Assembly: GCA_000165425.1 (NCBI GenBank)
Contig: CT868668.1
Span: forward strand, 310,001-342,910
From: Paramecium tetraurelia
Taxonomy: Eukaryota
Direction of reading: 5' to 3'
Length of the DNA: 32,910 nt
Translations under genes and position numbers: made by a program
Shown here: one piece after another, positions 25,501 through 32,910 of the stretch
Layout of the letters: every line of letters starts with the position of its first letter
Position numbering within the stretch: the first letter of the stretch is position 1
The notes under the pieces: generated by a model
Databases searched by the model: none
What the model saw: only the letters and a program-made list of their open reading frames with translations
What the model was told of the DNA's origin: nothing

Positions 25501-28500
25501 ATAAAGCTTTTGTATTAATTTTTCTGTGTCCTCTTAAGAAAATATTAGTAATTCATCTTTGTTTTTTATCAAAATCTTTTTAACAGTTTCTTTTATATTA
25601 CTCCAAATTTATTTGAATTCTTTAAAGGAAAAACTTTAAGCTTTTAATTACTTCAAAAACTCATAAAACCTTTTTATAGTTCGTTTCACACTAACTTTTG
25701 AGTATTGTATTAAATAATCATTACTCTAATTAGATGTAAAGGGCAAAAGCTCAACTTCTTTTAATGTTTAAATACTTTTTCCGTAAAACCAGGTTTGATA
25801 ATCGATAGAATTCAATATTTCTTGTCTTGACGTGATAATAATTTTAACATTTTCTCCAGATTCACCTAAATTAAACTCCTACGCAAATCTATTTGTCAAG
25901 TACAAGTTTTACTCCAAACAATCTTACTTCATTTCATCATAGCTCTCAAGAATTAATACCACATTTAAGTTTTTTTATCTAATAGCCTCTTTAAACTCTC
26001 TAATTTGAATGTTATCAAAATTATAATTTTCTGATTCTAATGCTTAATCAACTAAATTGTATTTCGGCTCTTTAAGTGAAGGAAGGGATACATAAATTGG
26101 AACCCATTTGGGATCTACTTAGTCACATGTCCAGAGAAGTTCTTCTATATTTTTTGCAGCCCTACTTTTACCTGAACCTGCTCTTCCTTTCAGCAGCATA
26201 ACATCTTTAATTCTTTCATTTTCATCCCATAAAAACTCGTTTATTTCCCCTTCAAAATCATTATAATTTTACTTTAAAAGAAAAGTCGTTTCTTCTTTGA
26301 TATCAGATTGTTTTTTGCTCCCTGAAATTGGATCGTATTCTTAAGTTAGTAATTCAATATGAATTTAATCTATTTCATTCTCATCTTTCTACCTAAGAAC
26401 CTACTCTTTCCTTATTTAAAGTAACTCAAGGTAATTCTTTCCTCTAAGTTTTCGAACATCATTTGCGATAAAACTAACACTCTTTAAGACTGAATCAATT
26501 GAGCTTTTTATATGTTTTACATCTTTGCTTAATTCTTTCAAGAAAATCATACTTATATCCAATTTTTAAGACATATCTGTGATATTATCAAAATAGGTTT
26601 CAAAATCATCAAGTGCCTACTATAATTATTCCTTCGCTTATATTGTATTATCAGTTAAAACAGAATTTTCTAGTTGTTCAATCCTATTGAGCATACTCTT
26701 CATTTCTGCTTTGATTTGATTTGACATTGTAGTGAGGTCATTAGAAAACAACTACTTTTGAATTTCGATCATTTCTGTGTTTTTAAGTATGATTCTGACA
26801 TCACTATGTTTTTCATATATCCATAACATTTTTAACAAGTTTTAGCAAAAGTCTTTCATCTTTGGTTCCTGAATTAATGTATCCATCTTAATAATACTAA
26901 ATGCCAATGCCTCCCTAACTTTATGGGATGAATTTGAAAATATTTAAGAAAGGATATTTGGCTTTTGTGCATCAATAGCAGAAGAATTTTTTAAATTTTC
27001 AATAAGCTCTTTGTAAATCTTACAACACTTTTCCTCTATACCTTCGTTTGACGATGAATTCTTAAATATCGAATGACTATTCAAGAGAACAAGATTTGCC
27101 TTCTATTTATCTAAGCATTTATTATCTTATAAAAATTCAAATACCTCTTAATTAAATACAATTTACTCTTCTTTTTAAAATGAACTAAAACAGTCTGATA
27201 TAGATTCTAATAAATCAGTAATCAAGGCTTTTATGTTGTTTTGGAATTCCTCTTTTTTGTCAGACTCCCAAATTTCCATACTCCAGGAAAATAGATTAAA
27301 ATTTTATTTGATAATTCTTTTAAGTCTCTTCGTATTTATGATTATAGTAGTAGTTTGAGTTATATAATATTCAAAGATAAAGAAAATTTGAGAATCTTAT
27401 TCTATTTTATTTTGCATTTAAATTTGCTTTATTTACTCTTCTTTCTAATTGTCTCCCAATATCTTTTTGTTTAACTCTTACAAGGATTTAGTAAAATTTG
27501 TATTTATTTCTTCTTTTATCGCTAATTTGTTAACTTTATTTAATCCTAATTATGACAGTTTGTTCAAAGCATCTTAAAAAATGAGAATGCTTGATATCTT
27601 ATATTATTGGTTCCATTTTTTCTATTATAATAACATTATATCCTCTCTAATTTGATTCTCAAGCTAGTTTAATTCACTTATCTCTTATTTATTCATAATC
27701 AGATTCGGATATTTTTCAAAGTATCCTTATATCATGGCCTTCCTTTCAAGAGCCAAAGTTTAAATTTAATCAAAGGCCATACTATCGCTTTCAAAAAGAT
27801 TAGTTGATTAAACATTACTAATAAAATAAAGCTCTGCAATGTTGTCTTCATTAAGAATTGCATTTACTTTTTATTATTGAATTTTTAGAAGTTTCTTCAA
27901 AAATTTAAATGCAAAAGTCATTTCTCCACACCTCCTAATGCTTTTTCTAAAATCATTAAGAATACTAAACTCCCAATTTTTGTCTATCCAATCTTCAGAA
28001 TAAACTTTCATAATTTAATCACATAGGTTCTTTATTAACTTGGAGCCATAGATTTATACAAGCTAATTTGATATATCTTTTTGAGAAATCATATCTTAAG
28101 TAATTTTAAGCTACGACTAGCAATTTACCTTTGTGATAATTTATTTTAACTATTTCATCTATGTAATAAAGCTATTTATATCATCACTAAAGCTTTTTAT
28201 AAAATTCTCTAATTCTTACTGGTACTTTTTTAATGACTGTTTTAGAGGAATTAATGATGAAACTTCTGTTAAAATAACATCATTCTAAATAAAGTCCTCA
28301 TAAGAGATTAAAATTTATGAAAATTGATACTAAAACCTTGGTATTTGTTGAAATTTGCTTTCAATTTCCTTTTCTGATAGTATTCTTATTTGATTGAAGT
28401 TCTGCATTTATTACATAAGTTTCTTCATAACTGTTTCAATATTATTCATAATTTCAATTTCCTTGAACCTAATAATGTCTATCTCATAAAAAATGTATAA

Positions 28501-30075
28501 AATTTACAAGAATTATTCTTTCTGTTGGTTAATTAAATATTAAATATCTTGTTTGCAAATCTTGAATTCAGTTTACTTTTCTGTTTATGTTAATGAATCA
28601 CTTTAAACTTAGCCATCAATCTAGTTAAAATTTTCCTAAATTAAATTGAGGCAATTCTTTAAAACATTGTTTAAAGAAGATAAAACTTCTAAATCATCAC
28701 AATTTGTAAATAATGTAATGTTTAAATCTTATAAATTGATTCTGCCTTATTATTATGAACCAAAATCAAAATTCAAATATTGAGGTAATAATTTCATTGA
28801 ACCTATTTGTTCACCAAACAAGTAATCTTAAAATAATTTTAAATTTGAAAATTCTTTAATTACAAAATTGCCTCTACCATTGTACTTAATTCTTCCTTTT
28901 GTTTTATCGTAAGGTACTGTTACAATCTAATTTTACAATACTAATTAATTCCAATTTGTATTATATTTTTAAAGCAACCTTTGCTCCATTTCAGGTTTAG
29001 AGATGATAGGTCTGTAAGACATTAAACTTGAAATTAAGTTTATCCAAAAAAAATGTACTAACCAATTTGTTGACGCACCTATGTATTTATTGTATCCATC
29101 TGTCAACTGATTTATTGTTTGCTGAACTGAATAACCTGATTTCAGTTAAAAAATTATGGACCATTTCAAATTTTCAAAGAAGAAATAAAGTTCATAAACT
29201 TTCAAAGGATGCTTAATTTATTTATCATAAAAATTAAGCAAAAGATATTTTCCGGCTTCCATTAGAGCATCAATAAGTTCATCACTTGGTTTTAACTAAG
29301 CTAATGAGGAAGCTATTCCCATTAATACCGCTTTCATTAGGTTAGCACTTTCTTTTGAGTTCGTCCTTAAATGGGCAAGACAAGTTTTTATCATTAAAAG
29401 TTCAAATTCAGTGCCGGTACTCCAAAGTTTTGCTGATTCAATCCCAATCTACTCTTCTAGTTCTAATATGCATTCTTTCAAACTTTATTTTAAGTCTTCT
29501 TTCATATATCGATCTTCATTTACTTACTGAAAATAAAATATCACTCTCAGCAAATCATTGCATATTTAAAGCAATACATGAAAGACATACCCTGATAATT
29601 TTAAGTAGGTAACTAACTATTTTAGTAAATTCTCAAACTAACGTTCAATAAGGTCATAATTTTGCAAGTTTTACTCTTTATTCATGCACAATTTTTAAAA
29701 ATGCTCTTTTTAATTTTGAAACCATAATAATGCACAAAGTACATCGTCCTTATGATATTTATCATGAAATTAAGATGCTTTTTCTACAATCACTTTTGTA
29801 TAATTTTTGAGATTAGTGGCAAAGTTCGACTCTTAATTGCTTAACCTTGTTTTAGTTTCAGGTGAAACTAAGGTAGTTGAGATACATCCTCCTCCTCTTA
29901 AAGAAGATACTTAATTATTAAAATTGAATTCAACTTCATTTTTAGAACTCAAATTGCACATTTTAAGTTAGCCATTTCTTTATTTATTGTAAAGATTTTC
30001 ATAAAAGCAATCTTATATCAGTTATTTTAGAATGCTAGATTCGAAACCTCCAAATTTATTACTAAATAATCTCAT
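19597..30075 (-). CDS. giant NLR-like STAND protein: helical N-terminus, NACHT NTPase, pentapeptide repeats, WD40 repeats (~3,492 aa, intronless)
   Basis: Codon scan found no in-frame TGA from ATG 30075 to TGA 19597-19599 (alternative in-frame ATG at 30333). Walker A GRAGSGKS (26164-26187), Walker B VVLILESYDEM, sensor-1 IIITSR, LLNTPFML, winged-helix FSFNHKSIQEFF, pentapeptides DLSGIQLSNTKMVGLSFFKSNLNNTVF, WD40s such as LISGSDDGTIKILDV and LDGHSDSIQQIAISPDGLQLISGS. Confidence 0.92.
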
Positions 30076-31860
30076 AAAAAATTTTTTATTTATTAAATAT
30101 TAATTTTCAATTATAAACAGCAAACTTTATAAAAATCCAGTCTTAATTATCAATTATTTTGAGGAACAATTTAGAAGTGTAGCTAATTTAGATACTTGCG
30201 TAAAACATAGCGTCTGAGCATATAGGTCTTTGAAACATTGTTGAATGCATTCTTCACTTTATATTTTATATTATTATTTAAATTATACTAATTTAGAGTT
30301 TAATTACAAATATGGTATTTAAAATTGTCTCATTTTGAAAAAAGATAAATATTGAAACAAATTTTTCTTGAATAAGAATCTCTTGAAATGTGAAGCTAAC
30401 TCAAAAATATTGTTTAAATTAGAATCTAAATGTTCTTACTTTATCCAAGTCTTTGATTTTATCCTTATCACTTAACTAACTGCCTCTCACAGAGAGGCAA
30501 ATGTGAATAGTGAAAGTAGAGAATTGGTTAGATTAAATTTATAGTTAGTTAGCCTGAAAATTAAATAAAATAAAGGACTAGAAGACATTTTCTTAAGAAA
30601 TACATTACTTTAAGATATTTTCATATCATCCAGGCTTTTTAGGATTAATAGTTTTGTCAATACAAGATTGGTAATGGTTGAATAAAATTATTTTTAGGAT
30701 TTAACCTCTCATGCATTTGTCTTAAATTTTAAAGAACATCTTCATAAGTTTATTCCAATAATGGCCAAAATTCAATTTACTCATCATTCCTTTACTCAAA
30801 AAATTCAAAGTAAAACTGTGAGCTAAAAATAGATCTCTTATATGAATAAAAATTCTGCAATCACTATAGACTTTGAGATACTAAACTACTTTGACCTTGT
30901 GAAGAAGTCTATATGTTAATGCCAGATTCATTACAACTTCCTGTTTGATATAAACCTAGCTTTTAAATAACATATTTATCCAGTTTATAGTGAAATCACA
31001 AATATAGGAAGATTATTCTATTCATAAGCTTATATTAAAGCAAAATAATCTAGGGTTTGATTAGTATGCTTATTCATAAAATAGATATTTAATCATTTTT
31101 ATAAATATTATATTGTTCTATTTGAGATTTTAATTGCTTCACCCAAAAGGAGAGTTAAATTTTAAGCAATAACTACTAACAAAAGGCTATATTCAAATCT
31201 GATTATTTATATCTCTACTTTATTATTTTGTATTGATAAAAATTGTATACATCGAATATAAATATCTAAATCATAATAAATTTTAATTCTAAGTTCATAT
31301 ACTAAGCTTAAATTCTATTCATCCTAACCCTTTATGATTATGGTGCTCAAATTTATATTATTAGAATTCAACATGCATAAAATCTTTTTCATATATATAA
31401 TTTGTAATAGATGAATCATTCTTACATTTAGAGAAAAAAAATATCAAATTATGTGTGAAAAGTAAAATAGTTCTCAAGTTTTAACTTTAAAACCAATTGC
31501 AGTATCACTTTGATTAGAAAACTATTAACATATCACCATTCCTTTAAAAAATTATTCACAGAATTTTTTTTATCATTGAATAATAAATAAAATACAAAAA
31601 AAAATCGATATTACTTAAAAGTAACACACAAATATTCTCTTTTTCATTTTTTAAAAGAATAATAATATTTGAGATCATATCCACCTCAATCGACCTTTAT
31701 TTAATTATTAGATTTGTTGATTATTAAATAAATTTTTTATATCAAATTCAAATAACTTTATTTAATAACAAGGATACTTCTTAAGCAACTTTGGTATTCT
31801 GTATAATAATTGTATAAATCGTGTGATAATTTTATGAATATCTTCAATAAAATTTGAAAA

Positions 31861-32910
31861 ATGATTATCCAAATTTTTGCCATCTTAATAGTGCTCTTCT
31901 TCTATGTTTTTGTTCTCAAACCCTTATGCCCAATGATTAAACTTAAGATGTAATTTGGGCAAGACTGCAAAATGTAATACAACTTCTTAGGAAGAGATAT
32001 ATGGAAAAGATTGAGAGATTTGAAGATTTTTAACGATATTTTCTGGAGTGATAAAGAAGAATACAAAAGGCTACCATATAAATTCAAAGTCTCTAACTCA
32101 TTTTGGAAAATACAAATACAGGTTGCTGATCCAGAGTATTACAAACAGATATTACATAATCCTCATTATTATGAAAAGGCTAATAACATCGCAGATAAGT
32201 ATAAATATATTAGATTTAAGGCATTTATTGTAAAAAGGCTTAGTTTTTGAGACCAGAGATCAATGGAAGGCCCAAAGAAATATTTTAGCTGATCAATTTC
32301 AATATCAATAACTTACAAGTAGATTGCCTATGATAAATAAAATTATTCTTGATGGTATCACCAAGATTGGTTCTGCAAACAATTTATTTGAATAATTAGA
32401 ACTTATGACAGGAAAAGTTGTCATATAGAGTTTTTTTGGAGATTCGATAGATGGTTTGAAAGTCAATAACAAGGATCTTTAAGTAGAAGTAACAGAGTTG
32501 ATAAATGATATGGGAGAGTCAAGATTTAAATCTAAATATGTTTTTATCAAAAGACTTCTTTTGGGTACATGGGCCTGGAATATTTTTCCAACTTAAGAAG
32601 AAATGATGATTCAACAAAGGGTCTTTCAACTCAAAACTATGATTGAAAAAGTAATTCGAAAAAGGCTAATAGAATTACGATAAAGAAACAAATAAAATGA
32701 CCAAAAGGATTCAAATTTGTTTTTGGATATTCTTCTTAATGATTACATTAAAAATGATCATAAAAAGTAAGAAAGTTAAGCCATCGATGAGGTTATCTAA
32801 CAATTTATCACTTTGTTATTTACAGGTACTGACACAACAGCTGTTTTAAGCTATCATTGTCTTTATTATTTATCAATACATCCAGAGGTTTAATAGGAAA
32901 TTAGAGATGA
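31861..32910 (+). CDS. cytochrome P450 (3' truncated by window end)
   Basis: N-terminal anchor MIIQIFAILIVLFFYVFVLKP; DPEYYKQIL; C-helix WKAQR; I-helix FITLLFTGTDTTA; HPEVQQEIRD; 22-nt intron at 32199-32220. Confidence 0.92.

Noticed and set aside
24913..29612. Plus-strand ORFs from the supplied track (24913-25101, 29028-29216, 29355-29612)
   Set aside because: Antisense to the continuous NACHT-WD40 ORF, with no motifs; artefacts of using the standard code.
30473..30551. Hairpin tgcctctc-aca-gagaggca with flanking taactaac/gttagtta complementarity
   Set aside because: Only 8-bp stems and no recognisable ncRNA or ribozyme consensus; plausible by chance in 33 kb. A covariance-model search would be needed.
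1..32910. IESs, telomeric repeats, transposons, CRISPR arrays, tRNA or rRNA genes
   Set aside because: Resolved genes are intact without TA-bounded insertions, consistent with macronuclear DNA. I saw no G4T2/G3T3 tracts, transposase motifs, spaced repeats or structural RNA signatures, though an IES in a spacer cannot be excluded by eye.

Overview
AT-rich ciliate DNA, most likely Paramecium macronuclear sequence. TAA/TAG read as Gln (translation table 6, TGA the only stop), genes are tightly packed, and introns are tiny (21-30 nt, GT..AG), so the supplied standard-code ORF track is mostly fragments or antisense artefacts. I re-translated by hand with code 6. Genes found: a Cdh1/Fzr-type APC/C activator, a CID/RPR-domain protein, a divergent Rab-like GTPase head-to-head with a TDP2-like phosphodiesterase, a small ubiquitin-fold-like protein, a tandem pair of K/R/S-rich paralogs, an EGF-TM-RING-H2 ligase, a type II membrane beta-rich protein resembling vitellogenin/MTP, and a 3'-truncated cytochrome P450. 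The main feature is an intronless ~10.5 kb gene (~3,490 aa) for an NLR-like STAND protein (helical N-terminus, NACHT, pentapeptide, WD40) with an N-terminal LRGG|GC motif. Several spacers look like decayed genes. All family calls come from motif recognition by eye; no database search was run.
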